DNA from: an uncultured bacterium
GTDB taxonomy: Bacteria; Babelota; Babeliae; Babelales; JABCYS01
Length of the DNA: 64,000 nucleotides
NCBI GenBank assembly: GCA_963705705.1
Contig: CAVPKK010000007.1
Location: 192,001 to 256,000, forward strand
Direction of reading: 5' to 3'
Below, piece after piece: positions 29,795 to 40,467 of this stretch; within the stretch, counting starts at the first letter, position 1; every line of letters begins with the position of its first letter. Position numbers and translations under genes: made by a program. The notes beneath the pieces were generated by a model that was not told where the DNA came from, did not search any database, and saw only the letters and a program-made list of their open reading frames with translations.

Positions 29795-30043
29795 ATGACA
29801 TTTGATCGTCAAGATACCATCGATAAAGTTACTTCCATTATTGCCGCCGAGCTGAAGATCGATAAGAGTGCCGTACAGGAGTCGACCGAGTTTACAAAAC
29901 TAGGTGCCGATTCACTCGATATGGTAGAGATCATTATGCGATTGGAAGAACAGTTCGGTATCGAAATCAGTGATGAGGACGCCGAGAAGCTTACAACTGT
30001 TGGTTCGGTTGTTGACTATATTCAGACCCATCGGACGAAGTAA
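29795..30043 (+). CDS. acpP: Acyl carrier protein
   Basis: LGADSLDMVEIIMRLEEQFGIEISDEDAEK. Confidence 0.97.
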   Translation: MTFDRQDTIDKVTSIIAAELKIDKSAVQESTEFTKLGADSLDMVEIIMRLEEQFGIEISDEDAEKLTTVGSVVDYIQTHRTK

Positions 30044-30047
30044 CTTA

Positions 30048-30128
30048 TCCGCTCATATCCTTCTGGGCCAAACTCACCCTGAGAGGGAACCCGAGTTCTG
30101 GGGACCCCGAATTCGATCCCTCGAAGGT
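30048..30128 (+). repeat. Composite palindromic element (CCAAACTCACCCTG core)
   Basis: ccaaactcaccctgagagggaacccgagttctggggaccccg. Confidence 0.85.
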
Positions 30129-30142
30129 CTTAAGTACTTTCG

Positions 30143-31237
30143 TTAAAATTCTACGGTTCCTTTTAGCCATAATCCCCAGAAGCTGGGGGTATGCCTACCT
30201 TGCCCGATATCAACTTCTACCCCGATGCCAGCCGTTGCCGGGAACATGCAATCCCAATAATAGCTTACGTTTGACCAAGCCTTATTTGCAAAGATTTGCG
30301 GAGCATCACAAAATTCGCCGCAGTTAAATTTTTCACGATCACGGCCCTTGAACTCATAGCCAAATGACCAATTCACTTGCTTATACATTATATCGGCAAA
30401 TAGAAGTGCATTTAATTGCCAATTGATTTTACTGTTCACATGATGATGCAGTTCAAAATGCTCACCATTGCCCGAAAATACTGGCACAAAATCGTTTACA
30501 TGCTTATCAAAAAGATGGGTAGCATAAAAGCTGCCATAAAATGTAATGGCGGCATCAGAATTTTTTTCATATACACGAATATGGCCCCACATACCGCCGC
30601 CGAACTGCCAGCGATCATACCCAATAAGAGTTTCGGTATAAGGACACGTTTTCGTTAATTTACCTGTAGGCGCAACAAAACGTGCGAAGGCAGAAAGCTG
30701 ACCCTTGTGGCCGCGAAGAAAGGTATATCCAAGTTGGAGCGGTAAATCTGCTACGCCGTTGGCCTTAAAACAACAGCGTTCATGGCGACCGCCAGTAGAA
30801 GTGGTTACCGTAGTATCAAGTTCTAATGAGGTATGCACAAAAGGAATAGTAAAATCGATCCATATAACACCGCCTTTACCCCAATGGGAACGTGATTGGT
30901 TCTTCCAACCTATTTCAGTGTAAAAGTATGGCTCGAGAATGATGTTGTTAATATCGACGTTAAATAGATCATCATCGCGATTAAAACTGTGTTGATATTC
31001 AAATGCTAGATCACTATTAAAGGTAAAGAAAGGTTCTTCGTACCAACCAAAGTTGTCAGGTTCACGCGCTTTATAGGCAATTTCGCCAGCGATGTGGCGT
31101 GCGCTATTTTCGAGCTGCGAAAAGAGAACTAATTTAGGACAGACCAATGGTCCGAATATATCTCCGCATGCGCCGTTTATATGAGCACCCGCGAAGAGGA
31201 ATAACAATGCAAGAAATTTCGATTTACCATTAAACAT
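30143..31237 (-). CDS. Putative outer-membrane beta-barrel protein (short paralog)
   Basis: Signal peptide MFNGKSKFLALLFLFAGAHING; C-terminal FWGLWLKGTVEF; shares ADLP.Q.GY, PTG, IGYDRWQ, SKINW, ANK.WS with the next gene. Confidence 0.75.
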   Translation of the reverse strand: MFNGKSKFLALLFLFAGAHINGACGDIFGPLVCPKLVLFSQLENSARHIAGEIAYKAREPDNFGWYEEPFFTFNSDLAFEYQHSFNRDDDLFNVDINNIILEPYFYTEIGWKNQSRSHWGKGGVIWIDFTIPFVHTSLELDTTVTTSTGGRHERCCFKANGVADLPLQLGYTFLRGHKGQLSAFARFVAPTGKLTKTCPYTETLIGYDRWQFGGGMWGHIRVYEKNSDAAITFYGSFYATHLFDKHVNDFVPVFSGNGEHFELHHHVNSKINWQLNALLFADIMYKQVNWSFGYEFKGRDREKFNCGEFCDAPQIFANKAWSNVSYYWDCMFPATAGIGVEVDIGQGRHTPSFWGLWLKGTVEF

Positions 31238-31258
31238 TGTGTGCCTTTCAGCAATGTG

Positions 31259-31373
31259 CAAAAAAACTTCCCACGCTCTACTGGCCCATGTCACTTTGAA
31301 CGCGCTCATTCTGAGTTTATCGAAGAATCAAAGCGCGAACATAAGCTATGTCGAGAGTCCGCAGGATGAGCGG
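31259..31373 (+). repeat. Composite palindromic element
   Basis: aaaacttcc...cgcgctcattctgagtttatcgaagaatcaaagcgcgaacataagctatgtcg..gcaggatgagcgg. Confidence 0.8.
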
Positions 31374-31405
31374 TTTTTTATAAATTTAGATTATCGTCAT
31401 GCACC

Positions 31406-31439
31406 AAAAAAAGAAGGCCCAGCACAATGCCGGGCCTTC
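31406..31439 (-). terminator. Intrinsic terminator downstream of the large beta-barrel gene
   Basis: gaaggccc..gggccttc with a T-run on the minus strand. Confidence 0.7.
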
Positions 31440-31520
31440 GTGTACTTGTTGGAAGCTTTGAGCTTCCGATTTCATTGTTTCCTACACTAATATATTAACC
31501 CGAATCCTTCCGATTCGTTT

Positions 31521-31565
31521 CCTTCGATACATTTTTGCTTTGCAAAAACACTCAGGACGAACGGG
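31521..31565 (+). repeat. Uninterrupted outer module of the composite element
   Basis: ccttcgatacatttttgctttgcaaaaacactcaggacgaacggg. Confidence 0.8.
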
Positions 31566-31623
31566 TCTGGATTCGAAAACATTAATGAGTTAACACAGGC
31601 CAATTACTGACCTAGCGTCTACT

Positions 31624-33541
31624 CTAGTTGTAGGCAACAGCGACTTTGCCCCAGATACCCCAGAAGCGAGGCTGTCTGTTCTTATTACCAAAGTCGACTT
31701 CGAAGCCAAGACCGGCGCCGATTGGATAATCGCGATCCGCCCATGTGTAGTTAAGATGTGACCACACTTTATTTGCAACCGCGCCTGGAATAGCTGCGCG
31801 ATCAAAGTCTAGGAAGCTTCTGAAATTGGTTTCGTTAATAAGTGTCGTGGTTAGGTAAGCAGCGCTGTCTGGCGTTGGAGACGATATTGAATTAATCGTC
31901 GTGCCAAGCTGGCTTGATACTGCTTCACCAATAGCAGGGATACACTGAGAACCCTTGATGCCATACTGATGACCACCAAGTAGGTCATTTACAGATGCGC
32001 CATCACAACGATCATCGCAATTCTCTTCGCATTCACGGTCGCTTGAGCAAGCAGTAATGCGGCAAAGACGTACGTTGTCGCAGCTCAGCTCTTCACGAGC
32101 ACGAGCTTTGATTTCCCAGCCAACTTGCCAGTTCCAACCACAATGTTGTAGATCGAAGAACAAGAGACCATCTACGTTCCAGTTAATCTTAGATTCAACA
32201 CATGCAGTGAATTTGTCTACAAAGTTGACTAAGTTACCGGTGAAGTTACCAGCAGAATCAGCTTCTTCTAGCAAGAGGTAGCGGCTCATGCAGCCAAGGT
32301 TTCTCACGTCAAAGACGCGGCACTCATGGCGCTTGAACATATAGGTTGCATACACATTACCATAAAGGTCTAAGCGTGTATCGCCATCACAGCTTTCAAA
32401 GAAGCGAACGCGGCCGCGAGCACCACCACCAAGCTGCCAACGGTCGTAACCGATGGTTGGGGTGAATACAGAGCCGTTATTATTGATACGGCCTGTTGGG
32501 AATACGGCACGTAGGAATAGACCAAAGAATCCGCAATCACGGTTCCAGAAGTTGTAACCCCACTGGATAGGAAGATCTGCAAGACCACCTTTGTGGAATT
32601 TACCACGAAGGAAGCGAGCACCTAGCAAGCCAGGAGCTGAATGGTCACCCCATGTGTGGGTACCGCTCAATGCTTGAAGGATGGTGGTAGAACCAACTGG
32701 TACTTGGATACAATCAGGATCGGTAACGGTACCTTCTGCACCTGTACCATCTTCATCATTCTCCAAATCAGCAGCCATGGTAATAGCATCCATTTGCTCG
32801 ATGCAAGCAAATTGAGGACCGAGTTCAGCCGTCAAGTCGCAAGCGAAAGCATTGCCGCCTGTGTTGGAATCTGTTTCGCAGATGTCCATTTGCCATTGAG
32901 TCCATGCGAATGGTAACTCAAGATCAAACCACATACCTTCAACCCAACGATCCAAGCCTACATAGATAGCAAGATCAGGGATCACGTTACGAATCTTAGG
33001 TTCAATCGTAATCCAACCAGCAAAGGTTGATGATAGACCAAGATCAACGTTACGAATATTGGTAGGGAAGGTAGAGCCTGTTTGGCCTAAATCAGGACCA
33101 ACAAAGATTCTGTTTGATCCGTTTGCACCAAAATAAGAACCAAGACGAGCGTTATCGAACGTCTGTTGGTATTCAACTACAAAATCCGCGTGAAAGTTCC
33201 AGTCTTCTTCATCAGCAAGATCTTGCAAATGAGCTACACCAGCGAAACGACGCGCTTGGTTTTCAGCTTGTGAGAATGGTAGGAACACGGTTTTGCAGTA
33301 GCTATAACCATCGCAGGTGCTGTTTTGTTTAAAATCACAGCACTCTTGCTCACAGTCATTTTGACAGCCGTTGCTTTTACCACAACCGCTGTTTACATCC
33401 CCGCAGCCAAGGCTTTCGTTGCCACAGGCAGATGCGAGATTCATAGAAACATTGTCGCAGGCATTGCAATCATCTGCAAGTAATGTTCCTCCCGCAAGCG
33501 CTGGAATAAGCGCTAGAAAAAAAGATATTACGTGAGTTCAT
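31624..33541 (-). CDS. Cys-rich putative major outer-membrane beta-barrel protein; frameshift in a T7 tract in the signal peptide
   Basis: AAGGAG RBS before ATG 33541; removing one T gives MNSRNIFFLALIPALAGGTLLA in frame with ORF 31624-33444; C-terminal WGIWGKVAVAYN. Confidence 0.8.
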
Positions 33542-34055
33542 AAGATACTCCTTTTCAGATCCTTGTAAGGATTGAAAATTGACCTAATTGCTCAGAAGAC
33601 ACCATGCCTTCTGTTATTTTACGTATCGATAACATTTGAAACAGTGATGTTATTGATACGCTCTTTGTTGAGCTCAGCATGTTCTTTAAAAAATTTTTAT
33701 CCTGATTCTCGCTGCAGAACTGCTTGAGCATATGGAATTCTATTTATTAGGTACCGTCCATCCTCCTTCCGTTGAAATTAATTTTGTATTCCAAGATTGA
33801 TTCCATCGGTAATCCGAAGTCACCAATCTGTGAATTCAATTTATAACTCTAGATTAAATGTAGCAATTTTTCAACATTTCTTCTAAAAATCGCGATTCAT
33901 GGCTTCGCAACGCTATTTTCTTGTGCAAATTATTTGATCAAACAGCCGATGCTCTCCCATTTTGTAGAATTTTTTGATTGATTTTTTCGTGCACCTAATA
34001 TAGCGACAACGTGGCGAGTGGCAAGTTAGCAGAAAAATAAAATTGGTTTCGCGTT

Positions 34056-34140
34056 GCGCTCCTATCCTTTTGCCCAAACTCACCCTGCAAGGGGACCCGA
34101 GTTTGGGGGCCCGGAATTCGGAAAGACTGAGTACGAGCGG
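34056..34140 (+). repeat. Composite palindromic element (CCAAACTCACCCTG core)
   Basis: gcgctcctatccttttgcccaaactcaccctgcaaggggacccgagtttgggggcccgg...gagcgg. Confidence 0.85.
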
Positions 34141-34237
34141 ATTTCTGCGCGTGGCAAGTTCGCAGGTGAAAGATTTTTTTTGCACTTGCTATACTGTATT
34201 ACATCATTGATCAGCACAAAGCTATGCGAAAGATGTC

Positions 34238-35011
34238 ATGATTACCCTATTAGCAATCATCGTCACGCAAATTATTATTGAGAGTTTGCCAATCAGCAGT
34301 AGCAGCCATGTACGAGCTGTTGTTAATTTTTTAGAATCGTATGGTTTTGCATCACCGCCACATTATATAATTCCGTATATGTGTGATCTGCTGCACGTGC
34401 CTACGTTGATTATTTTTGCACTCTTTTTTTATGATCGCTGGCAGCCGATCTTTGCGCAGCTAATTCATGGCTCCTTCAATATTCATATTTTGTATATTGC
34501 ATGCGCAAGTGCAGTTACCGTACTTTGGTATTTATTTTTCTCCCATGTGTGGGACAAACAACAATTTCCAACATGGTGCGGTTTGTTAATCACATCTGCA
34601 TTATTAGGCTCATCATTGTTTCTCAATACGCAAAAAATGAATGCATCATTTTCGTGGCGCATTGCATTGCTTCTTGGCTGTGTGCAGGGCATTGCATTAT
34701 TACCGGGTATTTCACGGTTGGGTGCCACAATAATATTCGGTTGCTGGCTTGGGTTACCGGCTCAAAATGCATTTGCAGCATCTGTGGCTATGCAGGCGCC
34801 TTTAATTCTGGCTGCAGCAATACGGAGCGTATTCTACTTACTAAAGTGGGGTTTCTTAGGCCAATTCTTGTATCCAACAACCATATTAGTTATGGTGATA
34901 TCAACTATAGGTGGATACTTTGGATTATGGCTGACCTATGCCTTGACAATACAAACTATGCTGTGGGTTTTCGCACCATATGTATTGTTGTTTGCGCTAT
35001 TTTTTCTGTAG
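34238..35011 (+). CDS. uppP: Undecaprenyl-diphosphate phosphatase (BacA family)
   Basis: ESLPISSSSH, QGIALLPGISRLGATI, multiple TMs. Confidence 0.9.
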   Translation: MITLLAIIVTQIIIESLPISSSSHVRAVVNFLESYGFASPPHYIIPYMCDLLHVPTLIIFALFFYDRWQPIFAQLIHGSFNIHILYIACASAVTVLWYLFFSHVWDKQQFPTWCGLLITSALLGSSLFLNTQKMNASFSWRIALLLGCVQGIALLPGISRLGATIIFGCWLGLPAQNAFAASVAMQAPLILAAAIRSVFYLLKWGFLGQFLYPTTILVMVISTIGGYFGLWLTYALTIQTMLWVFAPYVLLFALFFL

Positions 35012-35068
35012 CAAAGGTATGGCTTGAACCAAGTTCTATAGCATCCATCTGCAAAAAAAGGAGCAGCA

Positions 35069-37450
35069 ATGGCATATGCACGGAAGCAACAACGTTCAAT
35101 TTTTCATCTCTTAACTCTTTTACGACCATTAACACCGCTTATAATAGGCGCAACCGCATTATTTGTTTTCATCTCGCTGATTTCATTTACCTCATCTGAT
35201 CCGTCGTGGTTCTCGCAAAATAGCATAGCCATGCAAACAAGAAATTGGTGTGGCGTTGCAGGTGCACATTGCGCGGCATTATTTATATATGTGTTTGGTG
35301 GCTGGGCAATTATGATTCCACCACTAATGATAGGTTCTCTATTTTTTGCGCATTGCGGTGATCGGATTCTTGGCGCGATCTTGCTTTTAGCAGTGGGAAC
35401 AACCTGGTCAGCACGATATCATATTGATCTGCCACATATAACAGCTGGCGGATTGCTTGGCATTACATTGCAAGCCTTGGAAGCCCGATGGTTTGATGCT
35501 TTCGGCAGTTTTATTGTATTACATACCTTATTATTAGCTACGATATTATTAATAACACGAATAACGCCTTTAAGGTTGCTTGAGTGGATTTATGCGATCG
35601 GGCAAAAAGGTTTTGGAGCAGCCCAGATTCAAAAGGCAGGCGAACAAAATCCATCAGCTGCATCAAAATTATCTCGTACATGGTCATTTGTTTCATACAT
35701 TGGATCATCCATATCTCAATTTTTCGGATGGGTATACAAATTGGCCCTTAGTACATGGAAATGGTTAATTGATCTTTTGCGGGGGGAAGCGGTAGCACAG
35801 GCACCAACGTCAATTTTCTCTTTCGAAGCTGCAATGCAGCAGGATGTTACTCTCGATCCACATGATACGCACTGGGATTTAAGTAAAGCGATGAGTTCTG
35901 TTACCACAATGCCGCCAGATATTGCACCCATAGCTTCGGCGTCGCCGATATCGTTCATAGAAAAAGAGGAACAAGCTGAGATTGAACCTGCTAATGCCAA
36001 TCAAACATCTGAACCATCGCCGGAACAAGAATATCAATTGCCTGACACCCACATGCTTTTTGGTGCAACTGAACAACATGCAGAGGATAAAAAACAGCAA
36101 GCTTTCTTAAAAGAGCGTGCAATGCTCCTCGAGGAAAAACTAGAACGGTTTGGCATTACAGGAAAAGTTACGACGATTAAACCTGGTCCGGTTGTAACTA
36201 TGTTTGAATATAAACCTGCCATAGATACCAAACTCAGTAAGATTATTACATTGGAAGATGATCTTGCTTTAGCTTTGCAAGCAGTAAGCATTCGAATTAT
36301 TGCACCGATTCCTGGAACGGCATTTGTTGGCTTTGAAGTAGCAAACCAACAACGCACGGCAGTATTACTACAGCAATTGTTATGCAGCCAAGAATTTAAG
36401 AATACGTCGGCATCAGTACCGTTAGTATTAGGGGTAAATACCACAGGGGCTCCGGTTGTTGCCGATCTTACGCGCATGCCACACTTGCTCATTGCTGGTT
36501 CAACTGGCTCAGGTAAATCAGTTGCATTGCATGCCATATTAATGAGTATGTTGTGCAACAAAAAACCAAATGAATTAAAACTGATGCTCATCGATCCAAA
36601 GCGTTTGGAGTTTACCAGCTATAGCGATATTGGCCATTTGCTTACGCCGGTAATTACCGATCCACGAGTTGCCATCTGCGCATTGCGTTGGGCAGTACGG
36701 GCGATGGAAGACCGATATAATCTGATGGCAAAAGCCAAGGTGCGTAATATTGCTGAATATAATGAACTCGTTCCGAAAATGCCGGCAACCGAAGCGGGAC
36801 CGGTTTTGCCAATACCTTATTTGGTTATCATTATTGACGAATTAGCGGATTTAATGATGACCGCAGGAACTGATATTGAGGAAGCGATTACGCGATTATC
36901 ACAAATGGCGCGAGCTGCTGGCATCCATTTAATAGTTGCTACGCAACGTCCATCAGTTGATGTGATCACTGGCCTTATTAAAGTTAACTTTCCAAGCCGT
37001 ATTGCCCTACGCGTAACATCTAAAATTGATTCACGTACAATTATTGATGCTGTCGGCGCTGAAAAATTGTTGGGGCGCGGTGACCAACTATTCATGGATG
37101 CACAAAACGCCGTCACTACACGAATACATGGCGCATACGTAGGCGACAAGGAAATTAATGCGGTCGTTGATGCGATAAAAACACAAGGGCCTCCGCAATA
37201 CCTTGATCTTGGTGCCGTAATTGCCGCTGGAGAACCATCAGATATCGATGAAGAAGATGATGAATTGTTCCAAGAAATTATACAATTCTTGGCAGAAGTT
37301 GATGAAATTTCAATTTCATTGCTACAGCGGCGATTCAAAATCGGCTATAACCGTTCGGCAAGAATTATGGACGTACTACAAAACATGGGCAAAATTTTGC
37401 CAGCTGACGGCGGTAAGTTGCGCAAAGTGGTAAAGCAAGCAAATAGTTAG
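35069..37450 (+). CDS. ftsK: DNA translocase FtsK
   Basis: N-terminal TMs, MPHLLIAGSTGSGKS, IIDELADLMM, ATQRPSVDVITG, gamma domain LLQRRFKIGYNRSAR. Confidence 0.97.
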   Translation: MAYARKQQRSIFHLLTLLRPLTPLIIGATALFVFISLISFTSSDPSWFSQNSIAMQTRNWCGVAGAHCAALFIYVFGGWAIMIPPLMIGSLFFAHCGDRILGAILLLAVGTTWSARYHIDLPHITAGGLLGITLQALEARWFDAFGSFIVLHTLLLATILLITRITPLRLLEWIYAIGQKGFGAAQIQKAGEQNPSAASKLSRTWSFVSYIGSSISQFFGWVYKLALSTWKWLIDLLRGEAVAQAPTSIFSFEAAMQQDVTLDPHDTHWDLSKAMSSVTTMPPDIAPIASASPISFIEKEEQAEIEPANANQTSEPSPEQEYQLPDTHMLFGATEQHAEDKKQQAFLKERAMLLEEKLERFGITGKVTTIKPGPVVTMFEYKPAIDTKLSKIITLEDDLALALQAVSIRIIAPIPGTAFVGFEVANQQRTAVLLQQLLCSQEFKNTSASVPLVLGVNTTGAPVVADLTRMPHLLIAGSTGSGKSVALHAILMSMLCNKKPNELKLMLIDPKRLEFTSYSDIGHLLTPVITDPRVAICALRWAVRAMEDRYNLMAKAKVRNIAEYNELVPKMPATEAGPVLPIPYLVIIIDELADLMMTAGTDIEEAITRLSQMARAAGIHLIVATQRPSVDVITGLIKVNFPSRIALRVTSKIDSRTIIDAVGAEKLLGRGDQLFMDAQNAVTTRIHGAYVGDKEINAVVDAIKTQGPPQYLDLGAVIAAGEPSDIDEEDDELFQEIIQFLAEVDEISISLLQRRFKIGYNRSARIMDVLQNMGKILPADGGKLRKVVKQANS

Positions 37451-37525
37451 TATTCTTTTTTTCCCCCAAACTTACCTTTAAGAGTTTGGCCCCTGAAACT
37501 GGGATTAAAAAAATTGGATACACAC

Positions 37526-38956
37526 ATGATTACACCCACCACCAATTCGCCGCAACAAACATCGCAGCCATCGCCTCATGAGTTAAATCAGGCGTGGTTA
37601 TCCGAAGCAATTCCAGGCTCTGCGCTTGTACAAGGTATTTTTTCTTTACCCATTACCTGCTCAATCGATACCCGCAACATTAAACAAGGTGATTTCTTTA
37701 TCGCCCTGCCAGGATCAAAAGTTGATGGTCATGAATTTGTGGCCGATGCACTTGGTAAGGGTGCATCAGGCATTATGCTTGCGCATGACAAAAAAGAACT
37801 ACTACAAACATTAAAATCACTTATAAAAAAAGAAACTATTATCATCCTAGTCCCTTCACCACTGGATGCTTTATTGCGCTTAGCCCATGCGTGGCGCAAT
37901 TGCTTTAATATACCGATTATTGCCATTACCGGTTCGGTTGGCAAAACGAGCACTAAAGAGTTGCTGGCAGCTATTATGGCGCGTCATGGAAAAAAATATT
38001 ACGCCTCCCAGAAGAATCAAAATACTGCCATTGGCGTTGCCATGAATATATTGGCTATGGACCAGAGTTTAGAGGGTGCTTTTTTTGAGGTAGGTATTTC
38101 CCGACGATCTGAGATGGGCAGCATAACGCAGATGTTACGACCGACTAATGCACTCATTACTACGGTGGGACATAGCCATATGAGCGGGCTGGGCGGCGTT
38201 AAGGATATCGCAGCAGAAAAGCGCAAAGTATTTAGCTGTTTTGGCGAACATGAAATTGGCTTTGTGCATGGCGATATTCCGGCCATTGGACGCGTTGCCT
38301 ATCATCATCCAATTATTAAGTTTGGCATGAAAAGCAACAACCAAATTCAAGCACGCAAGATTGTTGTGGGCGCAACATCCATCAATTTCGTGTTAAAGAT
38401 TTATGGCGAAAAATTTAAGGTGGAATTGCCAACGCCGCATACCGGTATGATTATGCAAGCGCTTGCTGCGGCGGCAGTTGCCACTCACTTAGGCGTACCG
38501 CCAGCCATCATTTTAACGAGCTTATCACAGTTGCCCGTCGTCCCAGGGCGCTTTGAACGCCGGCCACTGACTATTGGGTCCGGCTGGATGTATAATGATT
38601 GTTATAATGCGAACCCCGAAAGCATGAAAGCCGCACTGCTGGCATTTACCAAATTGCCAACAACCGGTAAGAAAATTGCGATTTTGGGAGATATGCTTGA
38701 TCTAGGTGAAACTAGCAACTTCTGGCATCGCCAAATCGGCCGCTTCCTGCGCAAAACGACTATTGAACATCTAATTTTAGTGGGCAGCCAGGTACAATGG
38801 TTAGCAAAAACCAGACCCCCGCATATTACCTGTGATATTGTTCCATCCTGGCAGGATGTGTTGCCAGTTATGCAGCCATGGTTAGATAAAGAACTTTTAG
38901 TGCTGATTAAAGGTTCACGAGGCATGTCACTGGATAAATTGGTTGAGGTGCTATGA
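37526..38956 (+). CDS. murF: UDP-MurNAc-tripeptide--D-Ala-D-Ala ligase
   Basis: SIDTR, DGHEF, ITGSVGKTSTKE, NDCYNANPESM, LGDMLDLG, KGSRG. Confidence 0.95.
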   Translation: MITPTTNSPQQTSQPSPHELNQAWLSEAIPGSALVQGIFSLPITCSIDTRNIKQGDFFIALPGSKVDGHEFVADALGKGASGIMLAHDKKELLQTLKSLIKKETIIILVPSPLDALLRLAHAWRNCFNIPIIAITGSVGKTSTKELLAAIMARHGKKYYASQKNQNTAIGVAMNILAMDQSLEGAFFEVGISRRSEMGSITQMLRPTNALITTVGHSHMSGLGGVKDIAAEKRKVFSCFGEHEIGFVHGDIPAIGRVAYHHPIIKFGMKSNNQIQARKIVVGATSINFVLKIYGEKFKVELPTPHTGMIMQALAAAAVATHLGVPPAIILTSLSQLPVVPGRFERRPLTIGSGWMYNDCYNANPESMKAALLAFTKLPTTGKKIAILGDMLDLGETSNFWHRQIGRFLRKTTIEHLILVGSQVQWLAKTRPPHITCDIVPSWQDVLPVMQPWLDKELLVLIKGSRGMSLDKLVEVL

Positions 38957-39840
38957 CTTATCACAAACCGGTGCTCGTTAAAGAAGTTATTGAGTATCTA
39001 AACCCACAACCTAAAAAGGTATATCTCGACGCTACATTTGGTGGTGGCGGGCATACACGCGCTATTTTGGAAGCGGAGCCAAACTGCAAGGTTTTCGCTT
39101 TGGATTGGGATACACAAGCATTAGAATTGAATGGTGAGCCCCTGCAACAAGAGTTTCCCGATCGCCTGACTCTGGCTTGGGGTAACTTTACGAATGCAAA
39201 AAAACTATTGGCTGATAAAGGCATTAAAAAAGTAGATGGGATCCTAGCCGATTTTGGCACGTCACAATTTCAGATTTTCGAGCGGGCTGGTTTTTCATTT
39301 CTTCGCGAATCACCGTTAGATATGCGCATGTCACCTGCCCATCAAAAATTAACAGCTGCGGAATTGATCAATAGAGGCAGTGAGGAAAAGCTGAGTGATA
39401 TTTTTTTTGAACTTGGCGAAGAGCGATTTGCGCATCGTATTGCAGCAGCCATTGTCGAAGCTCGGAAACGCACGCGCATTAAAACCACAACCCAACTAGT
39501 AGACATCATTAAGCAAGCGGTGCCTGTTTCTTACGCAAAAGGACGAATACATCCTGCAACCCGAACCTTTCAAGCATTGCGAATATACATCAATCATGAG
39601 CTTGATAACATTAAAATGTTTTTGCCAACAGCATGCTTACTACTTAATCCAAAAGGAAGATTGGTTTTGATCAGCTTTCATTCTTTGGAGGATCGCATGG
39701 TCAAACAATTTTTCAAACAAAAAGAGATTGACCGCGTTGCAAAAATTATTACAAAAGGTGCAGTTGAAGCTACTGAAGAAGAGATCCGCGAAAACCCTTC
39801 TTCACGTTCGGCAAAACTGCGTGCAATAGAAATGCTATAA
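38953..39840 (+). CDS. rsmH: 16S rRNA C1402 N4-methyltransferase
   Basis: HKPVL, DATFGGGGH, PLDMRM, HPATRTFQALRI, SFHSLEDR, SRSAKLR. Confidence 0.97.
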   Translation: MTYHKPVLVKEVIEYLNPQPKKVYLDATFGGGGHTRAILEAEPNCKVFALDWDTQALELNGEPLQQEFPDRLTLAWGNFTNAKKLLADKGIKKVDGILADFGTSQFQIFERAGFSFLRESPLDMRMSPAHQKLTAAELINRGSEEKLSDIFFELGEERFAHRIAAAIVEARKRTRIKTTTQLVDIIKQAVPVSYAKGRIHPATRTFQALRIYINHELDNIKMFLPTACLLLNPKGRLVLISFHSLEDRMVKQFFKQKEIDRVAKIITKGAVEATEEEIRENPSSRSAKLRAIEML

Positions 39841-39846
39841 AATTCT

Positions 39847-39875
39847 TTGACAAATAGTGTAGGTGCAGATACATT
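39847..39875 (+). promoter_or_regulatory. Sigma70-type promoter upstream of spoVG
   Basis: TTGACA-17 nt-TACATT. Confidence 0.55.
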
Positions 39876-40103
39876 GTGCCGCATGTTTTGGATGCTTTGA
39901 AACATTGCGAAAGAGGTAGAGTCGAAAATTTGGAACAGTAGTGAAGCACATTATCTCACGCGATTTTTCCAAAAATCCTAGTTTAAAATCGGCAGCAGCT
40001 ATTCTTGCCAATGTTCAATTGGAAGAAGAAGCAGCAAACCTGGTAGGTTTGAGTTTTAGGTAATGAGACAGCGAGTGTTTAAAACGGATCATCAAGGATT
40101 GAA

Positions 40104-40403
40104 ATGTCGAAAGTACTAGAAATAACCGAAGTAACGGTTTTTCCTGCCCGAGAAGGCGGAAAACTGCGGGCATTTGCAACCATTGTTTTTGAAAATTGCT
40201 TCATCATCCGAGACTTAAAAGTCATCGAGGGCGAACGTGGATACTTCGTCTCAATGCCGTCTCGCCGCCGAAAAGACGGCACCTTTAAGGATATAGTTCA
40301 TCCTCTCAATGCCGAAACAAGACAACGTGTTGAAGAGCATATCATCAAAGAATATCACCGACTGCTCGAATCAAACTTTGCACAAGATGAATTAATCAGT
40401 TAA
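40104..40403 (+). CDS. spoVG: SpoVG family protein
   Basis: KLRAFATI, FVSMPSRR, FKDIVHPLNAETR. Confidence 0.95.
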   Translation: MSKVLEITEVTVFPAREGGKLRAFATIVFENCFIIRDLKVIEGERGYFVSMPSRRRKDGTFKDIVHPLNAETRQRVEEHIIKEYHRLLESNFAQDELIS

Positions 40404-40467
40404 AATTACCCTCCGTTTTACATTATATAGCGGTTGTTAAGAAACAACCGACATCGTTTTATCTTCT

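Noticed and set aside
34501..35199. 232-aa alternate-frame ORF
   Set aside because: Overlaps uppP and ftsK out of frame, with no recognisable motifs
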